A DNA stretch of 64,000 nt from Campylobacterales bacterium. GTDB lineage: Bacteria > Campylobacterota > Campylobacteria > Campylobacterales > QNZT01. The DNA lies in contig JAMONX010000046.1 of assembly GCA_027066435.1 (NCBI GenBank), forward strand, positions 32,895-96,894, read 5' to 3'. The notes under the pieces are model-generated. The model was given only the letters and a program-made list of their open reading frames with translations, did not search any database and was not told where the DNA came from. The translations under genes and the position numbers were made by a program. Shown piece after piece: positions 48,577 to 57,990 of the stretch; positions within the stretch are counted from its first letter, which is position 1; each line of letters opens with the position of its first letter.

Positions 48577-49602
48577 TTAAGCCTTTGCATCTAGTTTCAA
48601 CATATAATCTACAATACCTTTTGCACCATTTGGACTGATTAACTCTCCAAGTCCACTACTTAAAGTTTTTATATCACAATCAAAAATTTGATTCAAATCA
48701 TAACTACTTAAATCTTTTTGATTTACAACAAATGACAATTTTTTTTTAACCAAATACTCAGCATTAAAAAACTGATGATTTCCAGCAGCATATGGATATG
48801 GAACATAAAGAGCGGGGAGTTTTGAAGCTGTAAGTTCCCAAAGTGTTCCTGCTCCTGCTCTGCAAATTGCGAAGTCTGCTTCTTTTATCTTTTTTGGCAG
48901 GTTTGAAGAAAATGCAAAAAGGTCACAATCTATTTTTTCATTTTTGTAAAATTCTATTAATTTTTTCTCATCTTTTTTTCCACATTGGTGGATGATTTTG
49001 ATGTTTTTCTCTTTTAAGATAGGTGCGATTTTTATAGCAAATTCATTGATGGCATTTGCTCCTTGTGAGCCGCCTAAGAATATGATGGTTTTGATTTCTT
49101 CTCTTACTCTTGCAATTTTGAAAAATATCTCTCTAACTGGATAATCACAAACAGGAGAACTCTCTAAATATGATGAAAATATAACTTCTGATTTATTTAA
49201 TAAAAGCTTGTTTAATCTTCCTAAAACTGCATTTTGTTCATGGATGAAAAGTTTTTTTCTAAATATCACAGATGCAAATGAGGCTGGGGCTGATGAGTAA
49301 CCACCCACTGAAAAAACTGCATCTATCTTATGAGTTTTGAAAATATCACGACATTTAAAAGTGGCATTTAAAATTTTAAAAAGTGCGATGAACTTTCCTA
49401 GATATTTTTGGTTTACAACGCCTGAAGTTTCAAAAAAATATTTTTCACTAAAACCTTCATCATCTTTAAACCACTCTTTATCTTGTCCATAAGTTGAGCC
49501 TATGAAAATTGGTTTTATATCTCTTTTGTTTAGCTCCTCTTTAATAGATTTTGCGATGCTAAGATGTCCGCCTGTTCCGCCACCTGTAATTGCAATATTC
49601 AT
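48577..49602 (-). CDS. murG: UDP-N-acetylglucosamine--N-acetylmuramyl-(pentapeptide) pyrophosphoryl-undecaprenol GlcNAc transferase
   Basis: N-terminal ITGGGTGGHL, GGSQGA, and the GT28 C-terminal region. Adjacent to ftsW. Confidence 0.9.
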   Translation of the reverse strand: MNIAITGGGTGGHLSIAKSIKEELNKRDIKPIFIGSTYGQDKEWFKDDEGFSEKYFFETSGVVNQKYLGKFIALFKILNATFKCRDIFKTHKIDAVFSVGGYSSAPASFASVIFRKKLFIHEQNAVLGRLNKLLLNKSEVIFSSYLESSPVCDYPVREIFFKIARVREEIKTIIFLGGSQGANAINEFAIKIAPILKEKNIKIIHQCGKKDEKKLIEFYKNEKIDCDLFAFSSNLPKKIKEADFAICRAGAGTLWELTASKLPALYVPYPYAAGNHQFFNAEYLVKKKLSFVVNQKDLSSYDLNQIFDCDIKTLSSGLGELISPNGAKGIVDYMLKLDAKA

Positions 49603-50762
49603 CAGTATCTAACCTTTTTACTTATCATCAAAACCATTCCAATAGCGATAGAGTGAGCCAAAAGAGAGCTTCCTCCATAACTTAAAAATGGGACTGCTAT
49701 CCCTTTTATAGGGGTAATTCCCGTAATTCCATAGCTATTTATAAAAAGCGATGTTCCTATCAAAAGTACAACTCCAAGGGCAAAAAGTGAGTGGGTTTTA
49801 TTGTCGCATCTATTGGCTATTTTTAAAATTCTAAAGATAAGTATAAAAAAGAGAGAAACTACAAAAAATATCCCAACCAAACCCAACTCTTCAGCAATTC
49901 CAGCCAATACAAAATCAGTATGTACCTCAGTAAGATAACCTAGTTTTATAGTTCCATCACCTAACCCTTGTCCCAAAAAACCACCATTTTTGATGGCATA
50001 AAATGAGTTTGATATCTGATAAGGAGCTTCACTAACATCAACTCGAAGCCTATCTGAGATACTTTCTGGTAAAAATGAAAGTATAAAGTTTTGTGTATTA
50101 CTCCACCAAGAAATTACCCTTGCAACTCTGTGTTCACTTCCAACTATCGCTATGATAAAAACTGTAGTGGCTCCTAACATCGAAAACATAAAAAGCCTAG
50201 TACTAGCTCCTGCCATAAATGCCATAACAGCTAACGAAGTACCCAAAACTATCACTTGTCCAATATCATTTTGCATGATAGCGATGAGATATACTACTAC
50301 ACCAAAAGCCATAACATATGGCAAAAATATCAAAAATTCATCTCTTAGTCTCACAACTCCTGGTTCAATCTTCCTAGAAAAACTCCAAGCCAGAAAGAAG
50401 ATAAAACCAACTTTAAAAAACTCCACAGGAGCTAGAGAACTCATAGGTAGTTTTATCCACCTTTTAGCTCCTCCAACTTCAACGACATAACTTGGAGGTA
50501 AAAAGTGCATAATTGTCATAAGAGCTAGAAAAATAAAAAATATAGAAAATCCAAGGATATTAAAATGTTTATCAGGGTTTAGTCTGGAAATCACCCAAAT
50601 AACAAAAATGGAAAGCATACCGACTGTAAATTGTCTTGTAAAAAAGAATAGATCACTATATTCATATTTTTGCACTATAAAAGCTGAAAGTGAGAGTGAA
50701 AATACAATTCCTACTACGATAAGAGTTACTGTAACAAAAAATATAGTTTTATCAGTAGCCAA
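49602..50762 (-). CDS. ftsW: SEDS-family peptidoglycan glycosyltransferase FtsW
   Basis: 10-TM SEDS pattern (TDFVLAGIAEELG, PFLSYGGSS). 1-nt overlap with murG. Confidence 0.8.
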   Translation of the reverse strand: MATDKTIFFVTVTLIVVGIVFSLSLSAFIVQKYEYSDLFFFTRQFTVGMLSIFVIWVISRLNPDKHFNILGFSIFFIFLALMTIMHFLPPSYVVEVGGAKRWIKLPMSSLAPVEFFKVGFIFFLAWSFSRKIEPGVVRLRDEFLIFLPYVMAFGVVVYLIAIMQNDIGQVIVLGTSLAVMAFMAGASTRLFMFSMLGATTVFIIAIVGSEHRVARVISWWSNTQNFILSFLPESISDRLRVDVSEAPYQISNSFYAIKNGGFLGQGLGDGTIKLGYLTEVHTDFVLAGIAEELGLVGIFFVVSLFFILIFRILKIANRCDNKTHSLFALGVVLLIGTSLFINSYGITGITPIKGIAVPFLSYGGSSLLAHSIAIGMVLMISKKVRY

Positions 50763-50860
50763 ATAAAAACCTCAAAATATAATATTGTTGCATACTACAA
50801 AAAGTTTGATTAATATGAAATTTTAGATATAATTATTTAAATAATTTAATTATTTGTTTA

Positions 50861-50876
50861 TGGCATATTATGTGCT
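50861..50876 (+). promoter_or_regulatory. Candidate sigma54 (-24/-12) promoter for flgB-flgC-fliE
   Basis: TGGCAT-ATTAT-GTGCT. GG (50862-63) and GC (50874-75) are separated by 10 nt as in TGGCAC-N5-TTGCW. It lies ~30 nt upstream of the flgB TTG start. Confidence 0.45.
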
Positions 50877-50907
50877 ACTCAATTTATAAAAAAACTTAGG
50901 ACTACTC

Positions 50908-51333
50908 TTGAAGACAACTATGTCAGCTGAAATTGTTGAAAAAGCATTAGATTTTCGCTCTCTTAGACAAAAATTGATTGCTGGAAATTTAGCAAATGTT
51001 GATACACCCTATTATAGAGCTAGAGATGTAAGTTTTGAGAATTATTTAGCAAAAGAGGCAGATAAGCTTGAAAATAAAAAATTACCAATACTTGAGATTG
51101 CAAAAACGAATCCATTACATATGAGTTCTAAGGCATCAAATTCAAGCTTAGATGCAGAGATATTTTTTAGAGGTACGCATCCTACTAGAAATGATGGGAA
51201 CAATGTAGATTTAGATATCGAAACAACAGAGATGAGTAAAAATACAATGATGTATGATGCATTAATAAGTGCAAAAAAGAAAAATACTATGATATTTAAA
51301 AGTGTTATAGAAGCTTCAAGCAAAGTACAATAG
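50908..51333 (+). CDS. flgB: Flagellar basal-body rod protein FlgB (TTG start)
   Basis: N-terminal rod motif RQKLIAGNLANVDTPYYRARD. AGGA lies 7 nt upstream of the TTG. Confidence 0.9.
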   Translation: MKTTMSAEIVEKALDFRSLRQKLIAGNLANVDTPYYRARDVSFENYLAKEADKLENKKLPILEIAKTNPLHMSSKASNSSLDAEIFFRGTHPTRNDGNNVDLDIETTEMSKNTMMYDALISAKKKNTMIFKSVIEASSKVQ

Positions 51334-51342
51334 GAGAGATAG

Positions 51343-51837
51343 ATGGCATTTTTAAGTGGATTTGATATAAGTGGTTATGGACTCTCAGCCCAAAGATTTA
51401 GGATCAATCTCATAAGTTCAAATATTGCAAATGCAAACACAACAAGAACAGATGAGGGTGGGCCATATAGAAGAAGAGAGGCTGTTTTTAAAGCTGTTGA
51501 TTTTCAAGAACTTTTAAATAAAAACTTAAAAGAGTTAAATAATTATACAAGAGATGAAAACCCGATAGATGATCCAAATGCAACACAATTTGCTAAACCA
51601 TCTCTTATGGGTGTTGTAGTTGATAAAGTTATTCGTGATGATAGTCCATTTAAATTACGATTTGACCCAGCTCATCCAGATGCAGATGCAAATGGGTATA
51701 TTTCACTTCCAAATGTTAATCCCGTCATAGAAATGGCCGATTTAATAGAAGCGACAAGAGCATATCAAGCAAATGTAGCTGCATACCAGAGTTCAAAATC
51801 TATGGCTCAAAGTGCAGTTGAAATGCTCAAAGGTTAA
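51343..51837 (+). CDS. flgC: Flagellar basal-body rod protein FlgC
   Basis: SGYGLSAQRFRINLISSNIANANTTRT and the C-terminal EMADLIEATRAYQANV. Confidence 0.9.
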   Translation: MAFLSGFDISGYGLSAQRFRINLISSNIANANTTRTDEGGPYRRREAVFKAVDFQELLNKNLKELNNYTRDENPIDDPNATQFAKPSLMGVVVDKVIRDDSPFKLRFDPAHPDADANGYISLPNVNPVIEMADLIEATRAYQANVAAYQSSKSMAQSAVEMLKG

Positions 51838-51847
51838 GGAATAAAGA

Positions 51848-52144
51848 ATGATAAAAACAGTTGATTCACTCTCACCTATATCACTTCAAAACGATATAGT
51901 AAATAACCAACAATCAGGTGGTGGTAGTGATTTTTTTCAAATTTTGCAAGATTCACTAAATGAGGTAAATGATAAGCAGATAAAAAGTGATAAAGCTTTA
52001 AGCGATATCGCAACTGGAAGAGTAAAAGATTTACATAGTGCTGCGATTACAATTGATAAAGCAGAAATCAGTATGAAAGTGATGTTAGAGGTTAGAAATA
52101 AAGCACTCAACGCTTATAAAGAGATACTTAAAACTCCAATTTAA
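51848..52144 (+). CDS. fliE: Flagellar hook-basal body complex protein FliE
   Basis: 98 aa. FFQILQDSLNEVNDKQ and the C-terminal VRNKALNAYKEIL. Confidence 0.85.
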   Translation: MIKTVDSLSPISLQNDIVNNQQSGGGSDFFQILQDSLNEVNDKQIKSDKALSDIATGRVKDLHSAAITIDKAEISMKVMLEVRNKALNAYKEILKTPI

Positions 52145-52202
52145 TATTGGAGTTTATTGATAAGATATCAATAGTTTAACTCTATATTGATTATAATCGG
52201 GA

Positions 52203-53960
52203 ATGAACCAATCCGAAAGCAAAAAATTTAAAATTGCATTTATATTTTTTATAGTGTGTATACTATTTCTCATACTTTTTGGCACTTTTATAAATATAAT
52301 AACAAAAGATAAATCTCTCCCCAATCTCATAAGAGCTGAAAAAGATATCTCACTAAGAGGTGGTATATATAGTAGAGATAATTTTACAATAAGTGCAAGT
52401 TCTAAACTCTATTGTGCAGAAGTTAATACTAAAAATATAGATCCTAATAAATTTGAACTATTTGTTAAACTTTTTTCCATTTTTAGCAAAATGGATGAGT
52501 ATGAAGTAAGAGAAAAACTCCAATCAAACTTTGGTGTTGTAAAACTCACATATACACTAGACTCTAAATCAGCTCGCTATGTTAAGCAATTAAGAGCCAA
52601 TCTTAACAAACTTGGAGTATTTAAACGCTATGTTGACCCTATCACGGGTAACTCTTTTCTGCATGGATTATCTATCACTGAAAGTGGTGAATATCGCCAA
52701 TTTCAAACTAAAGATACTCTCTCTCCAGTTTTGGGTTTTATGCATAAAGATGAAAGAGGAAACTATCGTACAGTCAAAGGGAAGTATGGTCTTGAAAAGT
52801 TTTATGATAGAGCATTAAGCGGAATTCAAAGTACTAAAATAGTTGGTAGAAAAGATGTACATAACAATATAATTTTAGATAAAAATAGTGAAGTAAAGAC
52901 TAGAATAGATGGATTAGATGTCATCACTAGCATCTCATTAAAAACTCAAAAAAGCATTGAAGAGATGCTTGATACTCAAAAAGAAAGAACTGGTGCTAAA
53001 GAGATTATAGCTTCAGTTATGGATAGCAAAACTGGGGAAATTATAGCCATTGCAAGTTCAAGACGATACAATCCTTCAAATATCACAAATATAGAGAGTA
53101 CAACAATTTCAGCAACTCGTTATATATTTGAACCTGGATCTGTTATAAAACCCATAGTATTTTCACTTTTACTACAAGAGAGAAAAATTCATCCAAATGA
53201 TATAATAAATACAGAAAAAGGAAGATACAGACTTGGAAAGAAAATAATCACTGATGAACATAGATATGACTACTTAAGTGCTGAAAACATCATAGTATAC
53301 TCTAGCAATATAGGAATGGCAAAGATTGCACAAAATCTTGATGAAATCGACTTTTTTCAGGGGTTAAGAAAGTTTGGATTCTCAAGAAAAAGTGGTATCG
53401 ATATATCTGATGAACTTAGCGGTTCCATCCCAAATATCCACCAAATCAAAAATAGTATCTATAAAGCAACTGCATCTTATGGGTATGGAATGAAAGCAAA
53501 CTTTTTTCAACTCCTATGTGCTTACAATGTCTTTAATAATAATGGAGAATGGATAAAACCAAGCATAGGCTCTTACTTTAGAAATGCTAATGGGAAAACA
53601 GAAAAAATCGAGCATAAAAAGAGTAAAAAAGTCATAAGTGATGATGTTGCTTATGTTATGAATCATATTTTACGAAAAGTAGTTAAAGAGGGTACAGGAA
53701 AGGGAGCTTATAGAAAAGATCTTAGAATTGGTGGGAAAACTGGGACAGCTCATATCTCAGTAAAAGGTGTATATGCAGATATCTATAATAGTTCATTTTT
53801 TGGATTTGCCAACGATATAAAAAATAGATTTACGATTGGAGTTACAGTTATAGAACCGACTCCTGGAGGGTCTATGCATTTTGGCTCACAAAGTGCACTA
53901 CCTGTATTTAAAGATATTGTAGATATTTTGGTGGAGCAAAAGATGCTCACACCATTTTAA
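52203..53960 (+). CDS. Class B penicillin-binding protein (FtsI/PBP2-type transpeptidase)
   Basis: N-terminal TM helix. Transpeptidase motifs SVIKP (SxxK), SSN and KTGTA. Its position after fliE matches my recollection of Helicobacter ftsI. Confidence 0.85.
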   Translation: MNQSESKKFKIAFIFFIVCILFLILFGTFINIITKDKSLPNLIRAEKDISLRGGIYSRDNFTISASSKLYCAEVNTKNIDPNKFELFVKLFSIFSKMDEYEVREKLQSNFGVVKLTYTLDSKSARYVKQLRANLNKLGVFKRYVDPITGNSFLHGLSITESGEYRQFQTKDTLSPVLGFMHKDERGNYRTVKGKYGLEKFYDRALSGIQSTKIVGRKDVHNNIILDKNSEVKTRIDGLDVITSISLKTQKSIEEMLDTQKERTGAKEIIASVMDSKTGEIIAIASSRRYNPSNITNIESTTISATRYIFEPGSVIKPIVFSLLLQERKIHPNDIINTEKGRYRLGKKIITDEHRYDYLSAENIIVYSSNIGMAKIAQNLDEIDFFQGLRKFGFSRKSGIDISDELSGSIPNIHQIKNSIYKATASYGYGMKANFFQLLCAYNVFNNNGEWIKPSIGSYFRNANGKTEKIEHKKSKKVISDDVAYVMNHILRKVVKEGTGKGAYRKDLRIGGKTGTAHISVKGVYADIYNSSFFGFANDIKNRFTIGVTVIEPTPGGSMHFGSQSALPVFKDIVDILVEQKMLTPF

Positions 53961-53963
53961 ATT

Positions 53964-54506
53964 TTAATACAATCCGTATCTGTTATCAGCTCTCTTATAT
54001 AGAACTCTTGTTTTATCATCTTTATCATTGAAGATAAAAAACTGCATATTACTCTGTTTTAACATATCTAATGCCTCTTCGATATCTAACGGCTTATAAA
54101 GTTCTAACTCCATTGGAACAATTTCATCAATTTCACTATCACTCTCATACTCATTATCTGTATCTGGTATATTTAAATTTGCAAATTCACTTACCTTTAC
54201 AGCTTTGTGCTCTGTAACCTTGTCATGGTGTCGTCTTAACACTTTTTGTGCTCTATCTATAGCTAAATCAACCGCTGCATAAACATCTTTATCTTTTTGC
54301 TTGATTACAACAGTATTTTTTTGTGGTAAATTTATCGCAAACTCTACAGAAAAACCTTTTTTGCCATTCTTCTCATCTGCACTCACAACTGCTCTTACAG
54401 AGATGATGTCCAAATTATACTTTGTCAAAGACTCAATCGCTGAGTTCATATGTGCTTTCATAGATTCGGTTAACTCAATTTGTCTACCAACTAAACTTAT
54501 ATTCAT
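53964..54506 (-). CDS. hpf: Ribosome hibernation-promoting factor (long HPF)
   Basis: N-terminal RaiA/HPF fold (MNISLVGRQIELTESMKAHM...), an acidic linker and a C-terminal dimerisation domain (FIFNDKDDKTRVLYKRADNRYGL). Confidence 0.85.
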   Translation of the reverse strand: MNISLVGRQIELTESMKAHMNSAIESLTKYNLDIISVRAVVSADEKNGKKGFSVEFAINLPQKNTVVIKQKDKDVYAAVDLAIDRAQKVLRRHHDKVTEHKAVKVSEFANLNIPDTDNEYESDSEIDEIVPMELELYKPLDIEEALDMLKQSNMQFFIFNDKDDKTRVLYKRADNRYGLY

Positions 54507-54580
54507 GATTTTTCCTTAAATAATATATTCATAGTAATATTACAATAATTTGTTTATATCCCTTATTAAATTAAAATCCA

Positions 54581-55018
54581 TTAAGGTTTTTGTATAGTTC
54601 TTCTATGTACTCTGATGGGTTCTGTTATACCAGGTGCAACTACATTTACAACTACATCTATGATAGCAGTAAGATTTGATTCTGGTGTAGTGATATTGTT
54701 ATCTAAAATACTACCAGCACAATTTGGAATAGAGGTTCCTATATACCATATTGTTAAATTAGCTTCATGCGTTGGATTAGCCTCAGGGTATCCAATATCG
54801 ATATTTTGGATGCAATTATTACTATTATTATGCCCAGATATGGCAAGAAGTGCATATTCTGTTGCACTTCTTGCTAATAGTTCTGACTGCTCTTTTAAAT
54901 AAACATCTACAGTTGTTTTTACAGAAGAGCTAGACAATGACATCATAAGTGTCATCAAAGTCGCCACGGTTATCATCACTACAATTGCGGTTATTAAACC
55001 AAATCCTTTTCTTGTCAA
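54581..55018 (-). CDS. Pseudopilin-like protein (145 aa) with a non-canonical prepilin N-terminus (Thr at +5)
   Basis: MTRKG|FGLITAIVVMITVATLM. Three D/E-X-N-X-S/T sequons (EANLT, DNNIT, ESNLT). 4-nt overlap with the upstream gene. Confidence 0.65.
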   Translation of the reverse strand: MTRKGFGLITAIVVMITVATLMTLMMSLSSSSVKTTVDVYLKEQSELLARSATEYALLAISGHNNSNNCIQNIDIGYPEANPTHEANLTIWYIGTSIPNCAGSILDNNITTPESNLTAIIDVVVNVVAPGITEPIRVHRRTIQKP

Positions 55019-55959
55019 AATATAGCCTTCTCTTTACAAAATCCAATAGGAGTTCCAGTCCTATTTCCATCTTGTATACATAATTTAATACTTATTATAT
55101 TTCCCGTTTGTGTAAATCTAAATGTACTAACATGTTCAGCTAAAAGTACAGAAATTGTATTTGCATCATCAAATCTCTCATTATGCCAAGGCTGATAATT
55201 ATAACGAAGAGTTAAATTAAAATCATCTGGTCTAACAGAAGGTTCTGGCACAATTGCATAAGCACTCCAAGCTAGATAATACTGTTCATAAACTATTTTT
55301 TCTAAACCTGCTATAGTTGCCTCTTCAAAGGCTAATATATTATTTGAAAATCTACTCACACGATATGTATCATTATGCTCATTGATTGTTGGATGAAGAC
55401 CAAGTGATCTAACTGTTGCTGAATGTTCTTGTTTTTTAAAGATAAGAGCAGGGTAATCATTTGTAGGATCTGACATGTTTACATCACCATTTGATAGAGC
55501 CATTATAGTTCGTTCAGCAAACAAGAGCGTGGAACCAGGTGTTGAGACATGAGTTCGGTTTGAATCACGGACATCAACAAACCCACTCCAACCTGGACTA
55601 AAAGCACCTGCACCAATAGTATTATTAAACTCTCCTAAAAAACTTTCATTGTCATACCCTATCCACTCAAGCATATCAAAAGTGTTATTTTGATCTGAAG
55701 AGAGTTTTTTAAAAGTTCCAGTAGCTGTGGAGTCTTTTGCAATTACTGTAGATTTTATACGATATTGTAGTCTCTTTGCAATTTGATCAAGAGTGAGTTC
55801 AGTTTTTTGCTGTAATTCACTTACAATTTGTGAACGAATATATCCTTGATACATCTTAGAGATTATATCAGTACTTATCATAGCAACAACACCAAGAATT
55901 ACAATAACCATTACTAATTCAATCATAGTAAACGCTGCTCTTTTTTCCATTTGTTTCAC
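55015..55959 (-). CDS. Pseudopilin / minor-pilin-like protein (314 aa), prepilin-type N-terminal methylation domain
   Basis: KRAA|FTMIELVMVIVILGVVA. Seven D/E-X-N-X-S/T sequons. Confidence 0.75.
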   Translation of the reverse strand: MKQMEKRAAFTMIELVMVIVILGVVAMISTDIISKMYQGYIRSQIVSELQQKTELTLDQIAKRLQYRIKSTVIAKDSTATGTFKKLSSDQNNTFDMLEWIGYDNESFLGEFNNTIGAGAFSPGWSGFVDVRDSNRTHVSTPGSTLLFAERTIMALSNGDVNMSDPTNDYPALIFKKQEHSATVRSLGLHPTINEHNDTYRVSRFSNNILAFEEATIAGLEKIVYEQYYLAWSAYAIVPEPSVRPDDFNLTLRYNYQPWHNERFDDANTISVLLAEHVSTFRFTQTGNIISIKLCIQDGNRTGTPIGFCKEKAIF

Positions 55960-55974
55960 TAATATCTCCTCTAC

Positions 55975-56688
55975 TTAATATGGCAGTGAAAATAGAGTAG
56001 ATTGACCAATATTACTAGAAAATGCTCTCAATGTAAATGGAGTGACACCAGCACTTTGGACATTCATCTCTATCATCTTTATATTTGTACTTAAATTAAC
56101 ATTTGTTATACTAGCAGAACTACTAACATTAAAATCAAAATTTACTCTTTGCCTTGAGTAATTTGTATCATCACTGACATAAGAGACATTTGTTGTAATA
56201 TTGAAATCTCTAATATAATCAAACCCTGTTGAATTATTAACAGCCAGCATCTGCGTGATATTTCCATCAAAACCACTTATATTTGTTTTATTTACTTCAG
56301 ATCCAAGAGCTAATGGACGAATAGGTCCTACGGGATTATTAAGTGTTACTGCGTGGAATCTACGCCTTGTATCAATAGGAAGATGTCCTATACGCCTATT
56401 TTCAACAATTGTACGATTCAATTCAAGATCCCCATTAATAACATCAAGAACTTTTAGCCTAGTCTCAGCACCAGCTACTCCCTCTTCAATAGTAGAACAT
56501 GCATCCCACTGATAAGAGAGGATATTCCCCATTTTTGTTCGAGTTGCCAAAATAGACTCTTGCATTATTGAAACTGAATCATTATTTGTACTTTGACTTA
56601 GCATAAGTGGTATTGTCATAAGCGATATAGCAATAATAACAATAGCTAAAACAAGCTCTATAAGACTAAATGCCGCTCTTTTTATCAT
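55975..56688 (-). CDS. Pseudopilin / minor-pilin-like protein (237 aa), prepilin-type N-terminal methylation domain
   Basis: MIKRAA|FSLIELVLAIVIIAISL. Six D/E-X-N-X-S/T sequons. Confidence 0.75.
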   Translation of the reverse strand: MIKRAAFSLIELVLAIVIIAISLMTIPLMLSQSTNNDSVSIMQESILATRTKMGNILSYQWDACSTIEEGVAGAETRLKVLDVINGDLELNRTIVENRRIGHLPIDTRRRFHAVTLNNPVGPIRPLALGSEVNKTNISGFDGNITQMLAVNNSTGFDYIRDFNITTNVSYVSDDTNYSRQRVNFDFNVSSSASITNVNLSTNIKMIEMNVQSAGVTPFTLRAFSSNIGQSTLFSLPY

Positions 56689-56784
56689 CTATATCACTCC
56701 ATGTCATACACTTTAATTACAAGTAATATCGACATGGATAGAAAAAAATGAATAGTTTGAAATTATTTATTTTAGATATTCCCT

Positions 56785-57990
56785 TTACTCATTCCTAAGA
56801 GTTTGAAGAACATCTATATCGGTAGCTTTTTTAGAAGGATAAAATGAAGAGGCTAAAACTATCAAAACAGCACCGACTAAAATAGAGATAAAATCACCAG
56901 TTGCTAAATCAAGTGGAAGTTTACTAGTACCATATACATCAGCAGGAAGAGTAACAATATCAAAACGACCAAGTAAAAAGATACCAAAAAGCCCTAAAAA
57001 TGTACCAAATACTATCCCAGCACCTCCAATAACAGAACCTAAAAGAAAAAATGCTTTTTTAATTTCATCTTTTGTAGCACCTAATGATAAAAGCAAAGCT
57101 ATCTCTCTTCGTCTGTTCATTACAGTCATCAAAAGTGAACTTATGATATTTAAAGATGCAACCAAGATAATAAGCATAAGAACAATAAAAAGAGCTTTTT
57201 TCTCCATCTCCATAGCTGCAAAAAGATTTCCATTTTGTTGCCACCAACCAACTGCAACTAAATCACTAGGAAGATACTCTCTTATCTTTTCAATCTCTTT
57301 AATTGGATCAGCTGAGTAAACATGAAGCCCATGGTATTTATTGTCTTTAATTTTTAACACTTTTGATAGTGCTTCTATAGTTGTATAGATATAAGCATGG
57401 TCATAAGCTTGCATCCCAGATCTAAAACTTCCTTTATAGACAAATCGTTTCATTGTTGGTATGAGAGAGAAACCACCTGGTTGTGGTTGAGTAAAGACAA
57501 GTGTAACTCTTGTGCCATCAAATAATCCAAAATTTTCAGCAATTCCCTGCCCTGCTATCATCTCAAATCCACTTATATTTATATCTTTTACTGCATCTTT
57601 AATGATACTATTGATTTTTACCTCATCATCAAAGTTTACACCATAAAGCACAGCACCCTCCATAGTATCTCCCTGTTTTATGATAACTTGAGAATTGAGA
57701 TATGGACTAAATTCAAGATGTGGAAATTTATCCCTAAGTGCTTGTACACCATACATATCAATGACCTGATCACCTCTTGGTAAGATAGTTATTGGATAAC
57801 TCATAGTAGAGATTTTACTTTTAAACTCTTTACTTGTTCCATTCATAATAGCCATAGCAATTATAAGAACCATCAGACCAATAGAGACTCCCAAAAATGC
57901 CAATATTGCACTGATAGTGATAAACGGCTGACTTCTATCAAACCGTAGATACTTTTTTACAAGATAAGGTACTAAAGTTTTTGATTTCAC
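56785..57990 (-). CDS. Lipoprotein-releasing system permease (LolC/E family, FtsX-like)
   Basis: 401 aa. One N-terminal TM helix, a periplasmic MacB-PCD-like domain, and three C-terminal TM helices of FtsX type. Overlaps secA by 4 nt. Confidence 0.75.
   Translation of the reverse strand: MKSKTLVPYLVKKYLRFDRSQPFITISAILAFLGVSIGLMVLIIAMAIMNGTSKEFKSKISTMSYPITILPRGDQVIDMYGVQALRDKFPHLEFSPYLNSQVIIKQGDTMEGAVLYGVNFDDEVKINSIIKDAVKDINISGFEMIAGQGIAENFGLFDGTRVTLVFTQPQPGGFSLIPTMKRFVYKGSFRSGMQAYDHAYIYTTIEALSKVLKIKDNKYHGLHVYSADPIKEIEKIREYLPSDLVAVGWWQQNGNLFAAMEMEKKALFIVLMLIILVASLNIISSLLMTVMNRRREIALLLSLGATKDEIKKAFFLLGSVIGGAGIVFGTFLGLFGIFLLGRFDIVTLPADVYGTSKLPLDLATGDFISILVGAVLIVLASSFYPSKKATDIDVLQTLRNE

Noticed and set aside
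48738-48750. Homopolymeric A/T runs of 8-9 nt inside coding regions, considered as phase-variation switches. Examples: T9 in murG near 48740, A8 at 8521, A8 near 26877 and T8 at 11041.
   Set aside because: They encode Lys/Phe runs expected in an AT-rich genome. No poly-G/C tracts of the Campylobacter contingency-gene type were seen, and all affected frames are intact.
56689-56784. The inverted repeat CCATGTC...GACATGG (25-nt spacer) between lolC and the first pseudopilin gene, considered as a possible terminator or regulator site.
   Set aside because: The arms are 7 bp with a long spacer and no U-tract, so it is weak evidence. It is worth revisiting only if transcript mapping shows a boundary there.
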